In this document: in pieces, positions 1-12,700 of the stretch
Layout: the number at the start of each line of letters is the position of its first letter
How positions within the stretch are numbered: the first letter of the stretch is position 1
NCBI GenBank assembly: GCA_016748015.1
Contig: JAAOMT010000436.1
Span: 548,703-612,702, forward strand
Reading direction: 5' to 3'
DNA: 64,000 nucleotides
From: Geosiphon pyriformis uo1
Taxonomy: Eukaryota > Fungi > Glomeromycota
Translations under genes and position numbers: made by a program
Notes under the pieces: generated by a model
The model's input: only the letters and a program-made list of their open reading frames with translations
Database searches by the model: none
Told to the model about the DNA's origin: nothing

Positions 1-362
1 ATTATAAAACTAAAGAAAAACTATTTAAAAAGAATTAATTTGTATTAGATTTGTTTTTTATTTATTAAAACTATATTTTTTTATACATATTTTTTAATTC
101 TACAAAATTGTTTTTAATTGTTTATTATTGTTAACTATTATTTATTATTTTAGTTATTGTTTTGTTTTTTATATTATAATTAGTTATTATATATTATTAT
201 TAATTATTTTGTACTATTTTATATTATTATGTATTATTATGTATTATCTTAAGTTATTTTGTATTATTTTGTATTATCTTATATTATCACGTTTTTTTAT
301 ATTATTATATATTAATTACATTTTTTTAATAGGTTTAAATTGGTTTTTTTATTCAGATAATA
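1..362 (-). repeat. 3' LTR of Gypsy C (partial)
   Basis: Aligns with ~10480-10752 and ~23460-23808. Ends ...cagataata (decayed TAACA) and is followed by ttattttttcttttt, the decayed form of Gypsy A's ttatctcctcttttt PPT. Confidence 0.75.
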
Positions 363-369
363 TTATTTT

Positions 370-1050
370 TTCTTTTTAAAATTAAGCTTTTACAAAATTA
401 TATGTATCTTTAAAAATTGTTCTTTTAGTATAGTATTTAATTATCATGTTAAATATTGTTTTTTGTAGTTCTTTAAACCGAGAATTTGTTATTTATTTTA
501 TATTTTTAATTGTAATAGTTTTCAATAAATTGTTTAATAATATGATTGAATAATATTTAAATATTGAATATAATTAATATATTATTTTGTAATATAGTAT
601 TAAGTTGTTTCTTTTAACAAATTTTTTTATTTATTTAAAAGCTTTTTTATTGAATATTTATTTGTTGTTATTTATGTATAGTGTTTATAAATCCAGTTTT
701 TTGCCAATTTTAAAAAACTAATATATTAATAAAAATTTTTTTTTATATCATGAAAATTTTAGAAATTTATTTTTTAGTATTTAGTTTTATAACTAAGTTG
801 TATAAAACTTTTTTGATTTTTTTTATTGTTTAAAACCACATAGCTTTTTTTTTAATTATTTATAAAGATAAAAATATTCAGTTTTAGTTAAATTTTTGTT
901 TATTTTTTCTTTGCTTGTATTTTTGTATTATATATCTTTTCTATTAATTGTAATTTTTATTGATATTGTAAATTATTAAATTGCTAAAAATAGTTTTTAT
1001 AAAAGTTTTAAGATTTTGTCTAAGAAGTTTATGCTAAAAATGTTTTAAGC
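370..1050 (-). pseudogene. Decayed ORF3 (env-position ORF) of Gypsy C
   Basis: Minus frame ~540-725 reads IY*FFKIGKKLDL*TLYINNNK*IFNKK...LYYKIIY*LYSIFKYYSII, colinear with Gypsy A ORF3. Ends are approximate. Confidence 0.6.
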
Positions 1051-3280
1051 TTTTTTTCTCATTTTTTTTAGTATTTATATATCTAATTTGTGTAATTCAA
1101 ATTTTTATACATGGACTAAATTTAATTATAATGATTAGTTTCAAATTTTGTGTAATATTTTTAGGTCTGATTAATAAAATTTGTGTTTTTAATTAAAGTA
1201 TAAATAATAACAATTTTTGTGTTGTATAATAAAGTTTTAAACAATTTTTATATACAGTTTTCTTTAAAATTCTGTTTTCTAATTGTAGTTTATAAGCTTT
1301 ATTGCTAAAAACTTTGTATATGTAAAATAGTCTATCCTATTTTAGGTCAAATTTTTTATTCTATTGTTTTTTAGCTTTAGTACAATATAATAATACTTGG
1401 TTTTTAATCTTGAATTCAATTAGTTAGTCCAGTAAACAATTATTATGTCTTTTTTTTGTTATTTTTAAGAGTTATTAAAATTGTTAGCTGTTATTTTATA
1501 ATTGTTTTCTAGTGTTTCTATAAACTGGTATGTTTTTTGGTATAAAATAACTTTAAAGTTCTCTTTAATAATTGTTTTTGTTAGAAAAAAAGATATTTTT
1601 AGTTTAATAAGCAGAATGATTTTTTTTATAGACTAATTTAAAAAATGTAAATTAGATAGTATTTTGCTTTAATGTTTGGTATATAAATAATAATAATAAA
1701 GATATAAATAAGTTCTATTCTTATATCTTATTTTTGCTAAAGCTTTGTATAATGTTTGATTAAATTATTCTATTAATTTGTTTGTTTAAAAATAATATAA
1801 AAATAACAAAAATTATTTTATTCTATATTATTTACTTAGTTTTATCAAAGTACTATTAATAAAATAAGTTTTTTGATTGAATAATAATTTTTTTAAACAT
1901 TTATGTTAACAAATTAGATCTTGATATATAAACTTAATTATTGTATTGGTATTTACAACTTGGATGACTTAGGCTTTTGGCCATTTTGTAAGATAGTTTA
2001 CAGCTATTACAATATATTAATTTTTTTTTAAAATAATTAAAAGAAGTTTAACTAAATCAATCTTAATTTTATTAAATAAATTTTCAATTAGAATAAATTA
2101 AAATGGTTTTGTTATTCTGGCTTTTTTTTTGATAAAAGTTATAATTAAGAATATATTTAAAAATATTTTTATATATTGTTGGCCAATAGTTTAAATTAAT
2201 TGGTTTTTTAAAGTAACATCTTTATTAAAGTATTTTATAATTAAATTAAAATATATATTAAACAGAATGGTTTATTTTAGTATCTTTTATAATTTATTAG
2301 AGTGTTATATGGTTTTAATATTCTTATTATTATAATTATTTATTGTAAATAAGATAGTTTCAAGCTTGTTTTTGTATAATACTTTGTTTTTGTTGAAATA
2401 ATTTTTTTTTAAACTAAAATGTTAACAAATATTAGTATAATTATTAATAGATAGTTGTATTTATTAATACAAGATTAAATTTGGTTTATTTTTAATAATC
2501 TGTTAATATTAGTGTTTTTAGCTCTTTTTTTATAATGTATTTTATATAAAAATTGCTGCAAATAAATACTTTATCTTATATATATTTTTTTAAATTATAA
2601 CTTGTTAAGCAACTAAATTAATTTTTTATAATCTATATATAAATTAAATAATTGACAAAAATAATGTTTTTAATTTTGTACAGCCCAGTAAATAATAAAA
2701 CACTCTAAGTTTATAATATTGTATATTTTTTTGGCTGTATTAATACTTTTACTAATATAAATAGCAAAATATTCTTTATTATCTAGTTTAATTTAAAATA
2801 AAACTGCTCTTAAAGCATTTTTTAATACATTAATAATTACAATGAATTGTTTATTAAAATCTGAATATATTAAAATTAAAGCTTTAACAAGTTAATATTT
2901 GAGATAATTAAAAATTTTTTGCTGTTTAGTTTTTTATTTATATAGTATATGTTTTAAAAATAAATAATAAAAGAGTTTGGTAATATCTAAAAAACTTTTA
3001 ATAAACAACAATAATATCTGACAAGTCCTAAAAATTCTTAAAATTCATAATATTAAGAGTAAACTTGATAAAATAATATCATAATTTTTAGTATTTATAA
3101 CTTAATAATAAAAACTAATTAAACATTAATATAATAGTTTAAAAACTTCTTTCTCTCTTTCGTCCAAAATTCCCAAAAAAAAGTCAAAAGTTTTTTCGAA
3201 AGAAGTTTTTTACCATTCAGTACAATAAATCAAAACTGTTCTTCGATTACGAGACCACTGTTGGCTCTGTTATTGCTGTT

Positions 3281-5058
3281 ATGAAAAAAACTGCTAAAGT
3301 TTCTGGTTCTAAGAGTGGTTTTAAGGCGGTTGCATCAAGGAAAAAAAGGAAGGGAGGTGTATTGGCAGAGGGTGTTGATAATAGAGGGGTTGCTGCTGAA
3401 GTTCCTGGTGTTTGTTCATGGGATTTAGAGACTGGGGACACTACTGAGTCTGAAAGTGTTGATATGGAAGAGGAGTGTCTGGTGGAAGAAACCAGCTTTG
3501 ATTATGGTGAAGGTGGAGCTCTGGCTGGTGGAGATTATAATCAGATGCTCACGAGTTTGAAGATTAAAACCAAAAAGCCATTGGGAAAGATTAACTTCTT
3601 AAAAATGGTAGTGATGATGGTGTTCTCTTGGATGCTTCTCTTGAGCTCTCTTCTCCTATGAAAAATTTGGTCAATGTTTCAGTCAGGAAGTCATTCGCAT
3701 TGAATATTGGCTTGGATAAGGTGGCCGGCAAATCTTCTCAGGAAAAGCTTGTGGTGGTGAGGAAATTATTTTCTGGAATCAATGGTTTTGGAGGGGCATC
3801 TACCTCCTCAAAATTCTCAGGAATCATCAGAGCAACATTCACTTCCGAATCGGGTCTAATGAAAGCCACTGAAAAGGCTACTAGTGCAAATATTATGGTA
3901 AACACCAATCTTAAGAGATCAGCTGGTCACTCAGATCAGGCTGTGGTGTTAAAGGAAATTTTAGTTAAAACATCAGCTGAGGCTGTGTGCACTGTGCCCT
4001 CTGAGTTTGGGATAATTAAGTTGATCAAAATGCAATTGATGGGGCTGTGGCAGAAGGCTGTGGTAGAATTTGAGCAATCAGATCACGCCGATTTGGTCGC
4101 AGCAGAGTGGTTAATCTTAATCGAGAAGGATGCTGTGCGGGTGGCTAGATCAGATTTGGACAAAGATTCATGGGACACGAGGGACCAGTATAGAGCACTG
4201 TTCTATACTCTGCCAATGGGTATGACTGCTCATGACATCTGGGATTTTATTGGTTCTGTGGGTGGAAAGACATGTGTTATTGATCGTCATCCAGTTACAT
4301 ATACTAGGACTAGGTGTGCTGTTATCTGTTTTGATTCTGCTGAATCATTGAATGCTATTGTGGGAACCATGCCAGTGTTAAGGGGCGCCAATCTACGCTG
4401 GTTTTGTCTTGTTTTGGCCAAGTGTGCCAAGTGTGGGAAATTAGGCCATACGTCATTGGGCTGTGCGATTGGTGGGAGAGTTTCTTCAGGTTTGTCTTTG
4501 CGTAGAGTCTTGTCAGACACAGATAAAAGCAGATTGGCAGCCATCTATACCAAGATATCAGCTCCAGTTGCTCATCCAGTCTCTTTTGGTGGTCTCTCTT
4601 GGGCAAAGGTTGCTAGTAGGTCTTCTTTTCCTTCTCTCTCTGGACGAAATGCTTTAGTGAAATCTGGTTCCTTTTCGGAGTTGGTGCTGTCTCTGCTGGT
4701 TTCAATAGAAGTCAATGATAAATTTGCTGCTCTTGAGCACAGTCTTGCCAGCCTCGCGGAGCAGGTGGGTAAGCTGGCTAAGAGGTTGGATGCACTTGGG
4801 CTAATGGTTTCCCAGCCAAGCCCTGGATGTCAGCCGTTGGTGACCCCTTCATCACAAAATCAAGGGGCAAATATAGTGATGAATGAGGGTTCAGGTGCAG
4901 CCATTAGTGGTGAGATTGTTGCAGGAGCAGTGTCTTTTGATGTATCTTTGATATTCAAGTTGGAAGACAGCATGAAGTGTCTGATGGACACAGTTCTGGG
5001 ACTTTCAGCCAGAGTGAACAGTTTTGGGGCGGGTTCAAATTTTTTTTTTTCTTAATAA
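3281..5058 (+). pseudogene. LINE-1 ORF1 (gag-like nucleic-acid-binding protein), frameshifted near 3600
   Basis: Basic/acidic N-terminus, RRM-like segments (IKMQLMGLWQKAVVEF; RALFYTLPMG...CAVICF), CCHC knuckle CAKCGKLGHTSLGC, C-terminal heptads. Confidence 0.85.
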
Positions 5059-8000
5059 ACAGTCTGGTTTGGAATATTGCTACTTGCAACGTCAGAGATA
5101 TGAACAATCTTGTGAAACAGGATGATGTCATTTGTTGGCATATGAAAAAGAACAATTTAGTTTCTATTTTTACGGAATCAAAGTTAAAAGAGAAAATTTG
5201 CTCATGGATTGTCAACAAATATGATGGTGTGTGGGTGTTTACCTCTGGTTTAGAATCTGGATATCTGGGTGCTAGTGTTGCAGTCATCATGAATTCTTCT
5301 TTGGTGAGACATGTGTGCAAAGTGTCAGAGGTGTCTGGTCAGCTCTTGTTCATTAAGTTACTTTTCAAAAATAAACTTTCGGTGTCTATTCTGAGTCTGT
5401 ACACTGGTGCTTCCTTAGCAGTTCAGTTCTCTCAGACTGGTGAAGTCAACTCTCTCATTGCAAAAGCTGTTAATGAATCTTCCTTCATTGTTCTCGGTGG
5501 TGATTTCAATGAAGATGGTTCTCACAAGTGTGCAAGTTTTAAAAAGTGTCTGGATTTGGGTCTGGTTAATGCCTTGGGTGGGAGCTCCTGTGGGAAATTG
5601 CCAACTTGGTCTAATTCTTGGGACATTGCTAAGACAATTGATTTTATGTTTGTTTCTTCAAATCTGGTCAATACAGTAGTGAGTTGTGATGTGTTTGGCG
5701 TTGGGGAATACTTTGATACTGATCATCAGACTGTCTCAGTGTTAGTGGGTTTAGGTGGTCTGCTCAATGTTCAGTTGAATTCTGTTCGTAAGCAAGCAAA
5801 TAGAGATCACTGGAAGTACGATTGCAAAGGTGTGGATGATGTTAAATGGGCCAAATTTAAGGAAGATACGGCGGCAAATGCTGCTATATTTCATGACAAT
5901 TTTCTTGCAGCCAGGATCCGCTTGGACTTGTATTCGATGTGAGTTGCTCTCCGTAAAGTGATGTGTCTGTCTGCTGAGGCAGTTTTCAAGAAAAAATGGT
6001 TCAAGAGATATGATAAAATTTTTAGCAAGAATTCGTCCAAATTTCACAAGCTAGAGCTCTTGGTGTCTAAGTTAGTTAGAGCATCTCATATGGATTCTGC
6101 TGAGGAGTTTGCATTCTTGCTTGACAGGTGGGAAGGTTTGGATTCGGTCAATGCTTCTGCAGTGAAGTCTCTCTTCCTATCAGGTTCCCACTTCAATGCT
6201 ATTCAGTCAGTTTTGTTTATGGTTAAAAAGTCTTATTGCACATCCAAAATGTTGGAAGCAGAGCGAGTTAGGGAATCTCAAATTAGGTCGGCGATAGATA
6301 AGAGGATGGAGAGTTTCGAATTGGACAAAGATTATACTATTAGGAATGTGTTGGAACGTTCTTTTTGCAAAGTAACTTTGGATCATCTGGTTGTTGATGA
6401 TGAGTTGGTTTTAGAGCCTGCTCTGGTAAAAGCCAAAGTAGATGCAGTCATGGAGGGATAGACTAGGAAGCGCAATGTAGTTTCTGATGTTACTGGTGTC
6501 TGGAATTGCCAATATCAGCCTTTAGAGTATGTTTTTGATGATGCTTTTCTGGTGTAATGAGCCTAATTGATTTTGATGAGATGTCTAATGTCGTTTCGAA
6601 CCTGCCTGATGGAAAAGCAGCTGGTCTCTCTGGTATCTCGAATAAGTTGTGGAAACATTGCGACAAATCAGTTTTGGATATGCTTTTAGTGCTTTTGAAT
6701 GTTTGCTTGGAGTGTGAATCTGTTCCTGGGCCTTGGAAGGAGGCTTGGGTGTTGATGATCCCCAAACTGTATGAGTGGAAGGGTGTTCTCACGAATACTT
6801 GTCCTATTGCTTTGGTTGAAATGGCTTGCAAAATTCTTTCTAAAGTGCTTTCGGACAGAATTTTATCAGCTTGTAGTGTTTTTGACATTTTGAGGGGAGA
6901 TAATTTTTCTGTTTTAAAAAGCACGACCATGCAGTTTTCTATTTTCACTATTGGATTGGTCATTGAGGATGCTTTGGAGAAGAACCAAGAGCTGTGGCTG
7001 GTCTTGCAGGACATGCGAAAGGCTTATGATTCGGTTGGCTGGGAGCATCTAAAAAAGAGCTTGGTCAGAATAAAAATGTGTAACAAATTCATTCGGTTTT
7101 TTGGTAGCATCCACAATGATCAGGTCAACAGAGTTATGACGAATTTTGGGTTGACTGATGGATATCGGGTACATGATGGTTTGGATTAAGGGGAGGTGTT
7201 TTCTCCTCTTCTCTGGTGCATATTTTATGATCCCCTTTTGTGTGAAGTCAAGAGACAAGAAAGTGTATGTGGATACAGGTTAGACTCTTGTTTTGTTGCC
7301 AACACTGGTCGCACTGAATCTCGGGCTGGTTTGACTTCTTTCCTCACTGCTGGTGCTTTCGTCGACAATACAATTTGGATTGATAGCAGCCAGGCTACCA
7401 CCCAACATATTCTCAATGTTGCTAGTGAGTTTTTTCAAGTCAATGACATTTCGATCAATAATGACAAAACAGTGGCCATTCCCATTAATTGCAGAGTTTT
7501 CAGCCCTCATTTGTTGATCAGTGGTTTGTCTATTTCGATAGCCAAAAGGGGGGAGTCTTATCAGTACCTGGGTATCTTTCTGTCTATTGAAGGTTTGTCG
7601 AAGTTTAGCTTGGCTAAGGCACGCTTGGATGTCCGATTCTTCACCAACCTTGTTCTGAGAAAGGCTATCTCTGATAAGCAGTTCTCATATTTGGTGTCAG
7701 CAGTTCTTCACCCCATAATTGCCTATAGGACTCAGTTTAATTTTGTTCCTATTAGTGTGTGTGCAAAATGAGACACTATGATTTGTAAAGGTTTGAAGTC
7801 CAAATCTGGCTTGCCACTCGACTTTCCCAATGATGCTATTCATCATTCTTCTCTGTACAGGTTGAAATCTTTTGAGCAGGTTCAGGCTGAGAGCAAGTCA
7901 GCTGCTGTTGTTTGTTTTGCCAATTCTGTGGGTATTTTGGGCCACCTGTTCGCGCATAGGTCTCATGATTTACAGGTTTTCAGCTGGCGCCCTCGTCACC

Positions 8001-9742
8001 CCCTGCTTTTCCCTTCTCGTATTAATGTCAGTCTTTTGAATAATTTTTTGGCTGGTGTCGTCTGGATTTTTTTGGGTTATAATCTTTCTCTGGGTGGTCT
8101 CGTGACCAATGTTTTTTGTTTTCAAAAGGAGACCCCAATGTCTATTGTTCTTGGCGAGGTAGCTTTTTATAAATGTGTCTTTTCACTTCGACGATATGGA
8201 ATTGCCTTTGTTGAGCAGCTTCGCGATTGAACTGGTTCTGTTTTCAAATAAAGAATTTTCAAGCAGTAGAAGAGACTGGACTCTCGGGGCCCAATTCCTG
8301 ATTGGTTCAATGCTGCTGTTCGCTTTTTGTCTGGTTCTGGGTCATCTCCCATTTGTTTTCTTTTGCTACTGAATGTTGACTTGTCTGACGTACTTGAGTC
8401 TTGCGAGTTTGATGTTGTTTGCAATCACTTGTTGGAGGTTGATTCTGACTGCCTTTCTCTGTTTACAGATGGTTCTCTGTGTGGGCTGGGTACTCTTGGT
8501 ATGAAGGCTGGCACCACTGTTTTTTTTAAGGACATTGATTTGGGTTTAGATGTGGAAGTTTCTGGTCTGGTTTCTTCTACCATGACGGAGCTGCAGGCCA
8601 TTGCTTTGGCTTTCGAGTGTGTCCCTCCTTCTCGTTCAGTTAATCTGTTTTCAGACAGCCAGGCCACTTTGGATGCATGCAGATCAGAGTTAATGTTGGG
8701 GTGCTCGGATTTCAGGAATTGGTGTTGAGTCGAACGCCGCCATATTTCTAATGTCATTCATCGCAAAAATTTGGATGTTAATTGGATTAAAGTTAGAAGT
8801 CACTCTGGAGTCTTGGGCAATGAGTGTGCTGACACTTTGGCTAGGGCTGCTGCGTCTTCTGGTGTGCATCTTCCTCACAGGATAAATGAACATTTTCTCA
8901 AGGCTGGCGGTATTGTGGTTTCTGGTAATTCTAGGCATTTTGTTTATGATGTTTTCTACTTTATTCACCGTGCACATTGGGAGGTCAGTTCTGGTTCTCG
9001 GGTATTGGTGAACAGCTTACGTGCTGATGTTGATTGGTTCAGATCATGTTCGGTGTGGCATCCGGACTCTTATTTGGCTGCTGGTTTCACTAATGCTCGT
9101 ACTGCTGGTTCTCGGACGTATTTTATGAAGGCATTGCATCATCGTCTTCTTGTTGCTGTGCGAAAGTGACTTTACAATAAGGGGTACCCCAGTGTGATGT
9201 GTTTGTTCTGTGACAATGTTGAAATTTCAGATCATGTGTTTTCATGCCTGTTCGATGCTGGTGATTGTGCTTGGTTGATGAACGCTTATGCAGTTGTTTG
9301 GAAAACACGCTCAGGTTTATTTCACTCGTCTTCATGTATTTCGCAGTCACTTTCTGCTTGCACTTCTAATGCTGTTGTTGGTGCAGCTATATGTAAGGGC
9401 TTTGTTTTCAATGAGTGGTATCATGAATCTTTTTCTGTTTTCAAGAACTCTAAAATGGTGGCTCAGAATATTGTGGCATTCGTGCATAATTTCTGTCTTG
9501 CATTCCATGATGATATTTGGCTAGTTCGTGCGAAACACAGAGCTGTTATGGAGAAGGGTGGCTTTATCTCACGTGATGGTTCTATTCCTGTCTCGGTTTC
9601 TGGTCTTCCTTCGGTACTCTCATCCAGTGTGGTTAGATTATTGGGTATCACTGATGCTATTGGTATTGGTTTTGGGTTTCATAAATCTAGTTTATTTTTT
9701 TCAGGTGTAGGTAATTTGGTCTCGGTGCATATAGGTGCCTAG
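5055..9742 (+). pseudogene. LINE-1 ORF2: AP endonuclease - reverse transcriptase - RNase H - CCHC, with multiple nonsense codons
   Basis: APE motifs IATCNV, GGDFNE, TIDFMF, TDH. RT motifs PIAL, LQDMRKAYDSV, GAFVDNT, YLG. RNase H motifs FTDGS, ELQAI, FSDSQ, HSG..GNECAD. C-terminal CLFC...DHVFSC. Confidence 0.93.
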
Positions 9743-12700
9743 TGTTGTCCTGATTAGTCTGAGTGGCTGGTCACGTGTAGAAAGAGCATGATTCATGCCT
9801 AGTTTAGATCACTTGTATGATGTATTGTACTAAGTAGTGTTTGGACCTCACTTGTTAAATAAATAAAAAAAATAATAGTTTTTTTGGTTAAGTTGATTAT
9901 TAATCTTTAAAAAAAATTTTGTTTGAAATTATATTTGTTGAGTTTTTTTGTTATAAGATACAAAGTTCTGGTTTCTTTAATTATGTTGTTCATATTGTAT
10001 TTTCTTTTAAAATAATAAGCACAGTTATTAAAATCTGGTATTGTTTTTTTATTCTTCTGGTAAATTAACAAAATAAAATTAATATCTAAATTTAAAAGAA
10101 GCTTCTCTTTTTTACCAAACTATTATGAAATTTATTTTTAAACAGTTGATTTCTAATGTTATTATTTTACAAAAAAAAATAAAAAAAAATAGAAAGAATA
10201 AAAAAAAATTAATATTATTAATTGCTATAATTAAGAGCAATTAGTCCAAGTTATTAAAGTTTTAAGCTGTTTATGCTAATAGTATCTAAACTAAAACAAA
10301 GATAAAAGAGACAATTGATTTAATTTTAACACTTAGAATATAAGAATTATGTATATATGAGTTAAATAATAAACTTTTATTAAAATAATTTACTAATATA
10401 TATAAAATAAGATTGATTTAAATTATGGTTAAAATATAAGAAAAAAAATAATTTTTGTCTTTTTCTTTTTTGTTGTTGTTTTTATACATATTTTTTAATT
10501 TTACAAGATTGTTTTTAATCACTTGTTATTATTAGTTATTATCTACTATTTTTATTATTGCTTTGTTTTTTACATTATAACTAGTTATTTTATGTTATAA
10601 TTAGTTATTTTGTGTTAATTTATATTATTGTGTATTATTTTGTATTATTCTAAATTATTTTGTATTGTTTTGTATTATCATGTTTTTTATATTATTATGT
10701 ATTAATCACGTTTTTTTAATGATTTTGAATTGGTTTTTTTACTTAGATAACAATAAAAATTGGTTAAAACTAAAAAATTTTTAACTTTCTGGACTTTGTT
10801 TGGATTTAATTTTACTTTATTTTTTTTGATAATGTGTTTCAAAAATTTAAGCTCAGTTTTTTCAAAGAAATATTTGTTAGAATTAAGTTTGAATTCTGCA
10901 TTTTGGAGATAATTAAAAACTTGTCAAAGATAAAAAAAATGATTATTGAACATTTCTAAAAATACATTGGTGTTATTTAAATATACAATAATTAATTTTT
11001 ATAGGATTTTTTTATATACAACATTTATTAAGCATTGGAAAGTAACTGGAATATTATAGAATTCAAAAAACATTACATTGAATTCAAAATTTTTATTTTG
11101 TATTGTAAATATGGTTTTTTTTTGTCATTTAGATTTATTTTGATTTGTTAATATTTACTGGCTAAATCCAATAATAAAACCATTTTTTATTTTTCGAATT
11201 GTTTAGAATTTTTTAGATTAGAGAAATTAAATAGTTATTTCTTTAAAAAATACTTTAAGTTTTCAATAATCAATACAAAAATAAATTTTTTCATTCTTTT
11301 TTATAACCAAAATAACAAGTAAAAATCATAAATTTAATAATTTTTTTATTAGTTATTATTTAACATTTGTTGTACTTTTTGTTTAATTGGATTGTTTTTA
11401 TTTAGAATAATTTAATATGCTTATTGTTTAATAAATTTAACATTTTTAATATTAATTTTATGCTTTATAATATAAATGTATTCGAATTTATTTTTATTAA
11501 TAAAAACATCAACATATTAATTCAAAAAAACTTTGAATTGTATTTGTTAAAAAGTACTTAAATTTTTTAAATTAAGTTTATTGATTTTTTTTGAAATAAA
11601 TAAGTAACTTTTTTTTAATATGTTCTATACTTAAAAAATAATGTTACAAAATAAGAATAGTTATACAAAGTTAAGAATAAATTAAGGCTTTTTAGAATCT
11701 TGAATGTTTAAGATAATAAAACTAATAAAGACTTTTTAAAAAATTTCAATAATATTTTTCATAAAACTGTGGATGAAAATTTTAAAGTGTTTATAGATTT
11801 TGGTAAATATATAAAAATTGACAATATTTGCTATATAACAAATTTTTGAAGCAATTTTAAATAATAAAGCTTGGTCTTAAATATTTTATTCAACTTTTAT
11901 TATGAATTTTTAATATAATGAAATTAAAATTATAGTGTTAGTATAAATAAATTCTACTTTGTTGCTGGCTTTTTTTATGTAATTGACTTGTATAATTTTT
12001 TTTATTAGATCTAAATACTTGAATTTTTTAAACAGTAAGATCTAATTCTTTTTACATGGTTATTGGAATTAATTGAAAGATTTTTATAAAAGATAAAAAG
12101 ATGGCTTAAACAATTTTTTCTTGGAATTTGATTATATAAGGCTTATTAAAATTGTTTTAGGGCATTACAATAATATTCTCAGTATATTTGGCATTAATTA
12201 TTCCTTTTTTAGTATTTATCTCTTATTTATGAGGCTAAATTAAAATGTAATCTGGATTATTGTATTAATAAAAATTTCTAAAGCTAATTTAAAATCTATT
12301 TTTATAAAAAAATAGAGTGTTATAATTACAAAAGCTTATTTAAAATATCTTAAATCAAATCTAATATTATTTACATGTGTTTTTTTAAGACATATTTTTT
12401 CATTGTTGTTATTATATCATTTTAGTTTTAATTTTTTAAAAAGATTAAAATAGATAAAATACTATTCTATTTTGGTAGTCATATTTAACTTTTAAAATAT
12501 TATGTTTTTTGTATTTAATGTATACTTTTTTTTAAGTTTTCTGAATTTAGAAATAGAATAAAGTGTTTATAGAGGTGAATTAAACAAAAAATTATATTTA
12601 TTATAGTACTAAAAATAGTAAAAAATTAAATAATAATCATATAATTTAATATCTTTGCTTTTGTTTTTTTTAAATAGAAATAAGCTTTTAGTAATATTCT

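Larger units (their letters stand above)
3141..9871 (+). mobile_element. LINE-1: full-length non-LTR retrotransposon, inactivated
   Basis: TSD ATAATAGTTT at 3131-3140 and 9872-9881; A-rich tail; ORF1 and ORF2 with APE, RT and RNase H. Confidence 0.93.
3051..10752 (-). mobile_element. Solo LTR of the Gypsy C family inserted into Gypsy C RT and itself split by LINE-1 (LTR parts 3051-3140 and 9882-10752)
   Basis: Starts tatta (decayed TGTTA) and ends TAACA. 4-bp TSD ATAA at 3047-3050 and 10753-10756. Aligns along its length with 22801-23808. Removing it rejoins the RT frame VLTNFY|EF*EFLGLVRYY. Confidence 0.75.

Noticed and set aside
128-379. Hydrophobic I/L/Y/F-rich ORFs (128-379, 23503-23775, 13073-13255, 14254-14454, 26470-26652) as membrane peptides
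   Set aside because: They arise from AT-rich decayed LTR or TE sequence and a 10-bp periodic repeat; there is no evidence they code.
6490-7014. Recurrent antisense ORFs over LINE and Gypsy coding regions
   Set aside because: Shadow frames of homologous sense ORFs, with inconsistent boundaries between copies.
9745-9790. Hammerhead ribozyme (CTGATTAG...GAAA) in the LINE 3' UTR
   Set aside because: The CUGAUGA and GAAA core is not conserved in LINE-2 or LINE-4; a simple hairpin explains the conservation.
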